Below are positions 55,574 through 64,000 of a DNA stretch of 64,000 nucleotides, piece by piece. Each line of letters starts with the position of its first letter. Position 1 is the stretch's first letter. Made by a program: the position numbers and the translations under genes. This stretch comes from an uncultured Planctomycetota bacterium (GTDB lineage: Bacteria > Planctomycetota > Planctomycetia > Isosphaerales > Isosphaeraceae), in the NCBI GenBank assembly GCA_963823665.1, contig CAWGMQ010000004.1, positions 2,144,001 to 2,208,000 on the forward strand. The letters are read 5' to 3'. Under the pieces are notes generated by a model. That model searched no databases. It was given only the letters and a program-made list of their open reading frames with translations, and had not been told where the DNA came from.

Positions 55574-56629
55574 TCACCGGTTCGCGGACTGCTGGGGAAG
55601 CGTCGGTCCCGTCTGCGCGGCGTCTGCTCGGTTGTCGAGTAGGTAGCGGAAGATTTTACGGTCACCCCCGACGACCAGGCCGGCGTTCTTCGGGAGCAAC
55701 TCCCGGTAGATCTGGAGACCACTCCAAAAGGCGTAGAATTCGACGTCCTCGCCCACGACTTCGGCGAAGATGCGGGCCGCCTTGGCATCGGCCTCACCTT
55801 TGATCGATTCCGTCTCTCGGTAAGCTTCCGACAAGATCCTCGCGCGCTCACGTTCCACCAAACCGCCAATGACCTTGGCCTCGCGCTGCCCCTCCGCCCG
55901 GTACCGCTCGGCGACCTGCTGGCGCTCCGAGATCATGCGCTCGTAGATCCTCTCCTGGACCTGGGGCACGTAGCCGATTGCCTTGATGCGCACGTCCACC
56001 AGCTCGATGCCGTACCTGGCTACTTCCCCGGCAGCCTCGAGCAAGATCTCCTTGTCGAGGGCCTCGCGGCCCTTCTCGATGGCCTTCGTCGCCTTCTGAG
56101 TGGCCGGCGAAGACGGTGGTGGGGTCGGACCTGGGGGAACTCCGCCCGTCGCGATCGACGGCCGGTTCGACACCCCGGAGCCCCCCACCTCCTTATCCTC
56201 CAGGAACGGCCGGCTGGAATTGCGAACCGCCTCGATGAGGGCGTAGCGCGAAACGACGTCCCGAGTCTTCGAGTCGATCACGTCGTCGAGCCGCGTCTTC
56301 GCAACTTGGGCGTCTCCGACGCTCCGGAAGAAGAGCAGCGGGTCGGCGATTCGCCACCGCGCGAAGGTGTCGATGAAAATGAACTTCTTGTCCCGGGTCG
56401 GGATCTCCGTCGCTTCTCCGTTGAAATCCAGGAGCCGCTTCTCGAAGCGGTGCACTTCCTGAAAAAACGGGACTTTCCAGTGCAGGCCCGCGGCGCGGAC
56501 AGGCGCACCGACCGGCTGTCCGAACTGAGTGAGGATGACCAGCTCCGACTCCGCCACTGTATAGGCGGCGGAGACCAGGAGGGCGAGGCCGACGGCGGCC
56601 AGCAGCGGCAGCAAGATCTTGCTCTTCAT
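55574..56629 (-). CDS. hflC: FtsH protease modulator HflC
   Basis: TM plus SPFH domain; motifs EIPTRDKKFIFIDTFARWRI, RMISERQ and EFYAF. Confidence 0.93.
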   Translation of the reverse strand: MKSKILLPLLAAVGLALLVSAAYTVAESELVILTQFGQPVGAPVRAAGLHWKVPFFQEVHRFEKRLLDFNGEATEIPTRDKKFIFIDTFARWRIADPLLFFRSVGDAQVAKTRLDDVIDSKTRDVVSRYALIEAVRNSSRPFLEDKEVGGSGVSNRPSIATGGVPPGPTPPPSSPATQKATKAIEKGREALDKEILLEAAGEVARYGIELVDVRIKAIGYVPQVQERIYERMISERQQVAERYRAEGQREAKVIGGLVERERARILSEAYRETESIKGEADAKAARIFAEVVGEDVEFYAFWSGLQIYRELLPKNAGLVVGGDRKIFRYLLDNRADAAQTGPTLPQQSANR

Positions 56630-57672
56630 GGCCTGTGCTCCTCACGCGGTGTCTCAGTGCCGATCACGCCGGTTGCCCCCGCAGGGACGGCGTCGGTGAG
56701 GGCCCCCTTGAGGTCGAGCAGCTTCAGGGTGGCTCCCTGTTTCTCATCGACGATCCAGATCGAGCGGAGCTTCGGCAGCAGATCGGCCAGGGCCTCGAGG
56801 TAGAGCCGTTCGCGCGTCACGCCCTTCGCCCTCTTGTACTCAGCCGAAAGGCCCCGAAACCTCGCCGCGTCGCCATGTGCGCGGTTGACTCGCTTCAGCG
56901 CATAGCCCTCCGCAGCCTGCTTGAGTTGCCCCGCCTCCCCTTCGGCCAGGGGGAGGGTCTTGAGGAGCTCCTTATTCGCCTGGTTGATGGTCGTCTCCAT
57001 GTCCTGCCGGGCTCGGTTCACGTCGTTGAACGAGTCGCTGACCTGGGTTGGCGGCCGGACGTTCTGGAGCGCGACGGTCTGAACCTCGACCCCGGCGTGG
57101 TAGCCGTCGAGCACGGCTTGGAGCTTGGCCTTCACCTCAAAGGCGATCTCCGCCCGCCTCTCCGTCAAAACCTCGGTGACGCTGCAATCACCGACCACCA
57201 GCGCCATGGTCGCCCTCGAGACGTCCTCGATCGTCCCTTCGGGGTTCGCCACCGAGAACAGGTAGTCCTTCGGATCCCTGATCTTGTACTGGACGATCCA
57301 TTCCACGTCCGCAATATTCTCATCGCCGGTAAGCAACTGCACCTCCTGGGCGACTTCCTGGAACTCGGAACGCCCTGTCTTTGCAGAGACGCCTGAGGTG
57401 CGGAACCCGAACTCGAGCTTGTGCACGCGGCCGACAGCCACCGCGAACGCCTGGTCGATGCCCAACGGCAACTTCCAGTGCAAGCCCGGCTCCCTGATGC
57501 CGCTCAATCGCCCGAAGCGCAGAATGACCGCCTGCTGGTCGGTCTCCACGGTGTGGAAGCTCGTCCCGACCGTGGTAATCACCAGGACGGCGACTAGCGC
57601 CCAGATCACGGCCCGAGCGGGGTGAGCCCCCGCCCACTCGAGAAGTCGCTCAACCCGACCGTAAAGCACCAT
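56626..57672 (-). CDS. hflK: FtsH protease modulator HflK
   Basis: Motifs PGLHWKLPLGID, LTGDENIADVEWIVQYKI, FNDVNRA and VTRERLYLE. Confidence 0.93.
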   Translation of the reverse strand: MVLYGRVERLLEWAGAHPARAVIWALVAVLVITTVGTSFHTVETDQQAVILRFGRLSGIREPGLHWKLPLGIDQAFAVAVGRVHKLEFGFRTSGVSAKTGRSEFQEVAQEVQLLTGDENIADVEWIVQYKIRDPKDYLFSVANPEGTIEDVSRATMALVVGDCSVTEVLTERRAEIAFEVKAKLQAVLDGYHAGVEVQTVALQNVRPPTQVSDSFNDVNRARQDMETTINQANKELLKTLPLAEGEAGQLKQAAEGYALKRVNRAHGDAARFRGLSAEYKRAKGVTRERLYLEALADLLPKLRSIWIVDEKQGATLKLLDLKGALTDAVPAGATGVIGTETPREEHRP

Positions 57673-57741
57673 TACTTCTCCTCTCTTTGTGAAGTGCGAA
57701 CGATCCTTCCGGAGAGCGGATTCGGTCGCGCTCGCGTTTGA

Positions 57742-60700
57742 TTAAGGTCCCGTTCGGACCGGTTCGTTGAGCGAGAGCGATCGTGAGGCTGGCACCTTGG
57801 GAGCCACGTCGGTTGCGGGGCGGCGCGGGGCCGGTGGTAATAGACTGCGGGCCGGGCGGAGCCCCGTGATGAAATTGGCCTGCGTCGGCGGCCAAAACTC
57901 GCGGTAAGCGGACCGGAGGTTTGCCGCCTCGCGGTCGAACGCCCCACCTCTGAAGACACGGACTTGTTGCCTGTCGACGACGGGCCCTCCGGCCGCCTGC
58001 GAAGCGCCATACTCTGCGTAGACATCCTGGGTCCATTCGAGGGCGTTGCCCAGCATGTCGAACAGCCCGAATTCGTTCGGTCTCAACAGCCCGACACGGT
58101 GGGGCCGAGGCATCGGCGGCAGGGCGGCACTAGCCCCGCCAGGCTCGGCCGGCCCGACGCTGTTCTTCCCGTACCAGCCGTACCTGCCGAGCCTGTCTTC
58201 GGACCGGCCAAACGGCCAGGGCGTCACCGTCCCCGCACGGCACGCGAACTCCCACTCGACCTCCGTCGGCAGCCGGTAACCTCGCTGGTTCGGCAGGAAC
58301 TCCACGCCCAAGAGGTATCGCTTCACCTCTCCGTCCTTCGGTGTATAGAATCTGTAGCACTCGGGCAAGCCATTCTTCCGGCTCAGCCAGTTGCAAAACA
58401 TCGCCGCTTCTTTCCACGTAACGCCGACGGCCGGGAGGGAGCTTTCTGACCCGCTGTACCGCTTGATCCGGTCTCGAACCTCGATCCGGTCGAAGTCCGG
58501 GGTCGGCTCCTGCGGATCGTCGAGGAACTGCAAGAACAGCTCGACCGTCACTTCTCGAGTGGCGAGCTCGAAGGGATCCGGGACCGAGATCTCGTGGTGC
58601 GTCTCGTCGGACTGACGGCTTTCTTCGCCGACGGGCGACCCAATCCAGAACGTTCGCGTTCCCCGGTCGGTCAATGTGCGCCGGGGCCCGGCAATGACCG
58701 CCATGGTCATCCCGTTCGCGTTAACCGACCAGCCGGTCCCAGGCGGATTGTCCGATGCTCGCGACGCGATGTCCCCAGGCTGGGTCCCACCCCGGAGTTC
58801 CCAGGCGGTGAACAACCACTCGATGGCCGAGTGGAGCCCGGCGTCCGGATGAGTGAGAAGGTCTCGACCGAGCGCCTCCATTAACTCGCCCCGCCTTTCG
58901 GCAGGGATGTCCTCGTATCGATATTCGCCCAACGCGACCACCAGGGCCCGCAACGCCGACACGTCCCCCTCCCGCCGCTCCACGGTGACGCGGTCGATCA
59001 GCAGCCGTGGATCAACCTTGAGCGCGGCGAGGCTGCTGATCAGCTCGGTCCGTACGGAGGGGTCCGCCGCGTGGCGGAACAGGGGCCAGACCCTGTCGGG
59101 TCGCCCGATGATCATTAACGCAGCCGCGACTTTGCCCCGACGCACGGCCTCACGCTCGTCATCGGCCCCCGCGGCTGTGAGCATCGCCTCGAGGGCCATA
59201 CCGGCCCGATGGGCATGACGGGCCGAGGCAAGCAAGTCGACGATCTTCCTGAACTGTTCCGGGTCGGCGCCCGGGAGGAGACCGACCAGGTCCTCGGGCC
59301 GATTGCGGTCCGCCTCGATCAGCACGTCGCGAATGGCATGCGCTTCCTCGGAACCGCCCGGTTCATCGTCGCAGCGATTGAGCCGGTCGATCAGGAAATC
59401 GGACTGCGAACGGTCCAAAGAGAAGAGTGCTAGGGCGGCCCGCACCCGGAGGTCAATGTCTCTGCCGAGAACCTGTTTCGCGAGGTCATTTCGCACGATC
59501 CATAGGCGGCTACGCAGGTCTCCCACGGTCACCGGCACATGTTCCCAGCCGGGCGTGTTGAGCCGAGCGAGGAGGCCCATGGCCCTGTAGTAGGCAGCTG
59601 CGACGTTATAGGCCGCCACGGACGCGATCAAGGCGATGACGGCGGCGGTGGCCAGGACGCGGTGCCGGACGACAAGCCGCCACACCATGGCCTGTACCGG
59701 CTCACGCCGGGCCTTGACCGGGTCGCCCGCGAGCCATCGCTCCAGATCAGCGGCCATATCCCTGGCGGTCAGATACCTCGCATCGGGGTGGAGAGTCATC
59801 GCCTTGAGGCACACCGCCTCAAGATCGCCGTGTACCCCGACATCGACCTCGCGCGGCCGTGGGAACTGACCGAGTTGGATGCGGGCGAGCGTCTCTCTGA
59901 CTTGCTCGCGCCGGGTCACCGCTGCCACCCAGGTGCCCGTCGATGCGGACAGGTCGTTGGAACTCCACGTTGTGCCGCCGTCCCCAGGCCCCGGACCGCT
60001 CGCAAATGCCTTGCGCCCCGTGAGGATCTCGTATAGGATAGCGCCGAGGCTGTAGATGTCGCTGCGGTGCGTCACGGAACGTCGTTCGATCGATGCCTGC
60101 TCGGGGCTCAAATAAGCGAGCGTCCCGATGATCTCCCCGTCGGAAGTGACGTCCGGATCCCCGGAGGTCGAGAACCGGCCCTCCGCGTCTCGCGAGATCA
60201 TCTCGCGCACCAGGCGCGTTCCGGTGAGCCATAGCTCGTCGGGGATGCCCAGGCGCTTCGCCAGGCCCCAGTCGGCGATCATCGTCTCGCCGAAGTCCCC
60301 CAGCAGGATATTTCTGGGCTTGAGGTCGCGGTGGATAATCCCCTGCTGGTGAGCATAACCCACCGCGTTGCAGACAACGATCAGCTTCTCGATGAGGTCG
60401 CGGAGCGTCGGGGCCGGGCTCGACGCGGAGCGTCCCTTCCCCTCGGTGGCGTCGGAGTTCCGCGGCGCCGCGGTCCGCTTCTTGGGACGTCGCGGAACCT
60501 GTGGGGCATGGAGCCGGGCGATCGCATCCGCGAGGGTGCCGCCCTTGAAGCGCCGCATGGCGAAATAGGGACGGCCGTCGCCGTACTGGCCCCGCCCGTA
60601 CACCGCGGCGATTCCCGGGTGTTCGAGCTGGGCCCCGATCCTCACCTCGCGATCGAACCGTTCGTGCTTCTCCGGGTCGAGTACGTCCTCGTCGAGCAAC

Positions 60701-61440
60701 ACCTTGAGGACGACGTCCCGGTCCAATTCCTTGTCTTTGGCGAGAAAGACGGAACCGCCACCGCCGCCACCGAGATAAGAGATCGGGACGAACCGACTGC
60801 CTGGGACCAAGCCGAACGCCTTCTCTAGCCCACGGAGCGCCGGGGTCTTCTTCCGAATCTTGATCAGTGATGTGTGGACCCAGTCCAGGTCCGGCGCCCG
60901 AAGCGATGCGACGACCTCCTCGACCTTGTTACGGCATGCCCGGAGTCGGGCCTTCACCGCCGCGGAGAGCGCCTCCGCGGCTTGCCCGTCTCCCTCACGA
61001 CCGTCGAAGGCAACTTGCTCAAACGTCGGCAGCGGCTCGTCCGCCTTTGACCATCTCTTGAACGTGTCGACGACCTCGTTCCGGTCGAGTGCACCGGTTT
61101 CCAAGGCGATTCCCCCAACCAGGAGGACTGTGGATGGTAAGCCACCATCCGGAGGCATGTGCCATCCCGTCTTCTCGTAGACCACCTCGGTCATGCCCGG
61201 AAGGCCGAGCGGCCTCAGGCGGTTGACGTATTCGTCAGGGTCCGCGTCGTCTCCGAACAAATCCCTCCGCCAGCAGACTTCTTCTTCCATCAGCTTGCCG
61301 AGAAGCTCCAGACGCTCCGGAGGTTCGACCTTCCCCAGGTACTCCTCAATTAGAGGACGCCGCTCGGTCTCCGGGTATCCCGCCCATTCATCGCAGAATT
61401 CTTCGGCGAGCGCGTTGGTCCGCGTGCGTAGCATGCTCAC
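57742..61440 (-). CDS. Ser/Thr kinase - TM - helical repeats - FGE-sulfatase (SUMF1) domain protein
   Basis: Kinase motifs HRDLKPRN, DWG and YLSPE; FGE motifs RLPTEVEWEFACRAG, PNEFGLFDMLGNALEW and RVFRGG. Confidence 0.92.
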   Translation of the reverse strand: MSMLRTRTNALAEEFCDEWAGYPETERRPLIEEYLGKVEPPERLELLGKLMEEEVCWRRDLFGDDADPDEYVNRLRPLGLPGMTEVVYEKTGWHMPPDGGLPSTVLLVGGIALETGALDRNEVVDTFKRWSKADEPLPTFEQVAFDGREGDGQAAEALSAAVKARLRACRNKVEEVVASLRAPDLDWVHTSLIKIRKKTPALRGLEKAFGLVPGSRFVPISYLGGGGGGSVFLAKDKELDRDVVLKVLLDEDVLDPEKHERFDREVRIGAQLEHPGIAAVYGRGQYGDGRPYFAMRRFKGGTLADAIARLHAPQVPRRPKKRTAAPRNSDATEGKGRSASSPAPTLRDLIEKLIVVCNAVGYAHQQGIIHRDLKPRNILLGDFGETMIADWGLAKRLGIPDELWLTGTRLVREMISRDAEGRFSTSGDPDVTSDGEIIGTLAYLSPEQASIERRSVTHRSDIYSLGAILYEILTGRKAFASGPGPGDGGTTWSSNDLSASTGTWVAAVTRREQVRETLARIQLGQFPRPREVDVGVHGDLEAVCLKAMTLHPDARYLTARDMAADLERWLAGDPVKARREPVQAMVWRLVVRHRVLATAAVIALIASVAAYNVAAAYYRAMGLLARLNTPGWEHVPVTVGDLRSRLWIVRNDLAKQVLGRDIDLRVRAALALFSLDRSQSDFLIDRLNRCDDEPGGSEEAHAIRDVLIEADRNRPEDLVGLLPGADPEQFRKIVDLLASARHAHRAGMALEAMLTAAGADDEREAVRRGKVAAALMIIGRPDRVWPLFRHAADPSVRTELISSLAALKVDPRLLIDRVTVERREGDVSALRALVVALGEYRYEDIPAERRGELMEALGRDLLTHPDAGLHSAIEWLFTAWELRGGTQPGDIASRASDNPPGTGWSVNANGMTMAVIAGPRRTLTDRGTRTFWIGSPVGEESRQSDETHHEISVPDPFELATREVTVELFLQFLDDPQEPTPDFDRIEVRDRIKRYSGSESSLPAVGVTWKEAAMFCNWLSRKNGLPECYRFYTPKDGEVKRYLLGVEFLPNQRGYRLPTEVEWEFACRAGTVTPWPFGRSEDRLGRYGWYGKNSVGPAEPGGASAALPPMPRPHRVGLLRPNEFGLFDMLGNALEWTQDVYAEYGASQAAGGPVVDRQQVRVFRGGAFDREAANLRSAYREFWPPTQANFITGLRPARSLLPPAPRRPATDVAPKVPASRSLSLNEPVRTGP

Positions 61441-62411
61441 TCCTCCCCGCGGGCCGGGAAATTGCGGTTGGGCCGGGGACCCGTCGGACCGCCCAGTTGG
61501 TACTCGACGTCAGGGACGATCTTCTCCAGCCAGGCGGCAAGGGCGATGAGCGCCTTGTCGGCCGTCGGCCTCGAGTCGTTCTGATCGGAGGACGCGCGTG
61601 ACGACGACGGAACGGAACTGATCCGGGTCAGCTCATCGCGGATCTCGCCCAATCTCCGGTGTACGGCAGCCCGGCTCTTCCCGATCGCGGCGGCGATTGC
61701 GTCGATCCCTCGTTTGTCAGGCGTGCCGGGCCGGCCCGCCGGATCACCCGCCCCCTTCTGAAGCTCGGCCAGCTTGGCGAACAGGGCCCCCCGAAATGGT
61801 TGGTCCGCCGACCTTAATGACAGCTCCATGAGCAGATCCTCCGCGATCTGCTGGGTCGCCAGCCGGATGAGCAGTACTCGCTGGAGTTCGTCGTCCTCGA
61901 GTCTTACGAAGAGCGTTTCGAGCAGGTCTTCGGCGGTAAGGTAGGCGCCAGGCTCCGGCTCTCTTGGGTCGATGGCCAGGTCGACCGGATTGACCTCCGC
62001 CGTGGTGCCGCCGGAGTCTTCACCGTCCGCCCCGCTAGGTGCATGGACCCGGTAGGTACCCTCACGGTCGCGCGAGGCCAAGGATATCGTCCGACGGCGT
62101 AATGTCCCAAAGAGGTACCGCCGGAACTCCTCCCGGTTCTTGAACCGCCCCCCGTTCTTGAGGTGCTGGAGAGCTGCCATGAATGCAGTCTGGGCTAAAT
62201 CCTCGCTCCAATCCTCGCTCCATTTCTTCAAGCGAGGTCGCAGGCGCTCGAGGCTCCGCTGAGCGTAGCGGAGCAATTCCTTTAGAAGGATTGCTATCGA
62301 CACACTCGCGTCGCGGGCAATCCCGCCGCCGGGGTCATCCTTGCCCATCTCCAACTGGTGCAGCAATCGCGTGATCGAGCCGCTCATGTCTTTCGAGATG
62401 CTGGCTTCCAT
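61437..62411 (-). CDS. Planctomycete-type ECF sigma factor
   Basis: GGAGGAGG RBS before ATG 62411. Motifs GSITRLL, EDLAQTAF and the HTH IAAAIGKSRAAVHRRL. The stop overlaps the kinase start. Confidence 0.75.
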   Translation of the reverse strand: MEASISKDMSGSITRLLHQLEMGKDDPGGGIARDASVSIAILLKELLRYAQRSLERLRPRLKKWSEDWSEDLAQTAFMAALQHLKNGGRFKNREEFRRYLFGTLRRRTISLASRDREGTYRVHAPSGADGEDSGGTTAEVNPVDLAIDPREPEPGAYLTAEDLLETLFVRLEDDELQRVLLIRLATQQIAEDLLMELSLRSADQPFRGALFAKLAELQKGAGDPAGRPGTPDKRGIDAIAAAIGKSRAAVHRRLGEIRDELTRISSVPSSSRASSDQNDSRPTADKALIALAAWLEKIVPDVEYQLGGPTGPRPNRNFPARGEE

Positions 62412-62430
62412 CTGTTCCTCCTCCGACCAA

Positions 62431-62699
62431 TGCGCCCACGCCCCGGACTCTATCATCATCTCGCACGCGGGGCTTATCTTCGCCGGAAGTTCCTCGGCTT
62501 CGGTTTTTTCCCCCCACCCGTGCGCCTGGGCCCCGCCAACTCTATCATCATCTCGCACGCGGGGATCATCTCTCACCAGAAGTTCCTCGGCCTCGGTTTT
62601 TTCCCCCTACTGGTGCGCCCGGGGCTCACCGCCCCGATTATCATCTCGCACGCGGGGCTTATCTCTCACGGGGAAATTCCCCGACCTCGGTTTTTCCAT
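62431..62699 (-). repeat. Three ~90-93-bp tandem repeats directly upstream of the ECF gene
   Basis: Units start at 62431, 62521 and 62614 and share ATCATCTCGCACGCGGGG and TCGGTTTTT. Confidence 0.9.
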
Positions 62700-62780
62700 C
62701 GACATTCGTGCCCTCGCGGCCGTCCGTGTGCCGCCGACTCACATTGTTGCACACGATACGCAACTGGCGGCATCACAGTT

Positions 62781-62835
62781 GAAACTACATAATATTAATA
62801 TTGATAATATTAACAATTAAAATAACGTAAATTAA
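62781..62835. promoter_or_regulatory. AT-rich patch in the divergent intergenic region
   Basis: 7 G+C in 55 nt; contains palindromic AATATTAATATT and ATAATATTAA twice. Confidence 0.55.
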
Positions 62836-63251
62836 TCGCCCATGAAACTTGTGAGAGAATGCTCCCAATCGGGGGATGAGAGGGTGTTGGGATCGAATGG
62901 ATCAGGACACGCAAGGATCGGCACGAGAGACAAGGAAGGAGGACAAAAGACCCGGAGTGCCGGCCTTGCAAGCCTCATGTTGGCGAGGCTGATGTACCCA
63001 GGGCAGCGACTGCCTGACCCCTGCCAGGCCCGGTCACACGTCGACACCTGACTGACCCGGGGCAGCGATCGCTCACCGCCGCCACCGGCAGAGACGCAGC
63101 ACGAACAAGTCTACTCCGGCACCTTACCGCACCTGGCGCCGGGGTCGGGGACCATGCCACCACGGCCGGACCGGACTCCGCTACGCGCGGGCCGATCGAC
63201 CATGGCTCGACGAGTTGTTCCCGTACACCTACATACGGAGGTTCTCACGAG

Positions 63252-64000
63252 ATGAAACGCCTTTTGTGCTCCACCTTGGCAGCCGCTCTGGCCCTCTCCG
63301 GTGAGGGGTTCGCCAGCCATGGGGGCCGGCCACACTCAACGCCTCGGCCGGTAGCCCCTCGACCGGCGCCTCGACCCAGCCCTCACCCGGTGACCCCTCG
63401 ACCCACGCCTCGGCCAGTCACGCCTCGGCCGGTGACTCCTCGGCCGGCGCCTCGACCCAGCCCTCGCCCGGTGACCCCTCGACCCACGCCTCGACCGATC
63501 CCTCACCCGGTGACTCCTCAACCCACGCCTCGGCCAGTCACGCCTCGGCCGGTAGCCCCTCGGCCGGCGCCTCAACCCATCCCTCGGCCGGTAACCCCTC
63601 GGCTGGATGACACGACTGTCATGCCACGGGTGCCGAATCCGGCCGCACCGCGACCATTTCCACCGCATGTTCTCCCCAAGGCACCTCAAGTCCAGCCCGT
63701 GTCACCCACACGGTCGGTCCTAACATTGATCCGGATGAAGAACCTTCTACCCGATCTGGTACCCCGAGTCCTGCCCCTATCGCCACCGCGCAGCGAGCCC
63801 CCCAGCACATTTCATCCGGTCGTGGTGGGGGAACCCGGCGGATCTGTGAAGGAGACGGGATTCCGGGTCGAGCGCCGTGACGGTTCACACTTCGGTGCCT
63901 CTTTGACGCACGGCCCTGACGGCGTCGGGGCCTCCGCCGAGGCGGGCCGGAAGGGAACAAACGTTACCGGCTCGGTCCAGCAGACCCCCGCCGGCCCGGT
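63252..64000 (+). CDS. Secreted Pro-Arg-Pro repeat protein, runs off the window (absent from the ORF track)
   Basis: GGAGG RBS and signal MKRLLCSTLAAALALSGEGFA, then 19 P-[RHQ]-P units. The frame stays open to base 64000. Confidence 0.8.
   Translation, partial: MKRLLCSTLAAALALSGEGFASHGGRPHSTPRPVAPRPAPRPSPHPVTPRPTPRPVTPRPVTPRPAPRPSPRPVTPRPTPRPIPHPVTPQPTPRPVTPRPVAPRPAPQPIPRPVTPRLDDTTVMPRVPNPAAPRPFPPHVLPKAPQVQPVSPTRSVLTLIRMKNLLPDLVPRVLPLSPPRSEPPSTFHPVVVGEPGGSVKETGFRVERRDGSHFGASLTHGPDGVGASAEAGRKGTNVTGSVQQTPAGP

Noticed and set aside
57840..57970. DGR variable region in the FGE/C-type-lectin domain
   Set aside because: No template repeat or reverse transcriptase is visible in the window; a remote DGR cannot be excluded.
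62431..62699. Possible CRISPR array upstream of the ECF gene
   Set aside because: Whole units are homologous end to end, with no unique spacers.
63336..63689. Arg-rich minus-strand ORF
   Set aside because: It is a shadow of the plus-strand PRP gene, which has an RBS and a signal peptide.

Overview
GC-rich bacterial DNA, most likely a planctomycete; this is inferred from the DUF1501 gene, the ASPIC/UnbV plus multiheme pair, the ECF sigma/Ser-Thr kinase pair and the many kinase-WD40 proteins. Small indels break several genes and probably include long-read errors. The window has four parts. (1) 1-24 kb is a putative immunity/cell-death signalling island. It holds an APAF-1/NLR-like WD40 protein coupled to a caspase-pseudokinase-kinase fusion, a decayed kinase/TIR-like gene, a disarmed toxin-antitoxin cassette, and two tandem giant receptor-like genes. 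These two share a WD40-TPR-beta-sandwich region but have different N-terminal heads (STAND NTPase versus Ser/Thr kinase). (2) 24.9-26.8 kb is an IS110 element with a candidate bridge RNA. (3) 27-49 kb holds ordinary genes: an M14-S9 peptidase fusion, CtpA, two MFS transporters, DUF1501, ASPIC/UnbV and a pentaheme cytochrome. (4) 49.6-64 kb begins with a region rich in REP-like repeats. It continues into an ECF sigma - kinase/FGE - hflK - hflC cassette bracketed by two ~87% AT patches, with a triplicated upstream element and a divergent secreted PRP-repeat ORF that the ORF track missed. No rRNA, tRNA, CRISPR or reverse transcriptase was seen. All family assignments come from motif recognition by eye; no searches were run.
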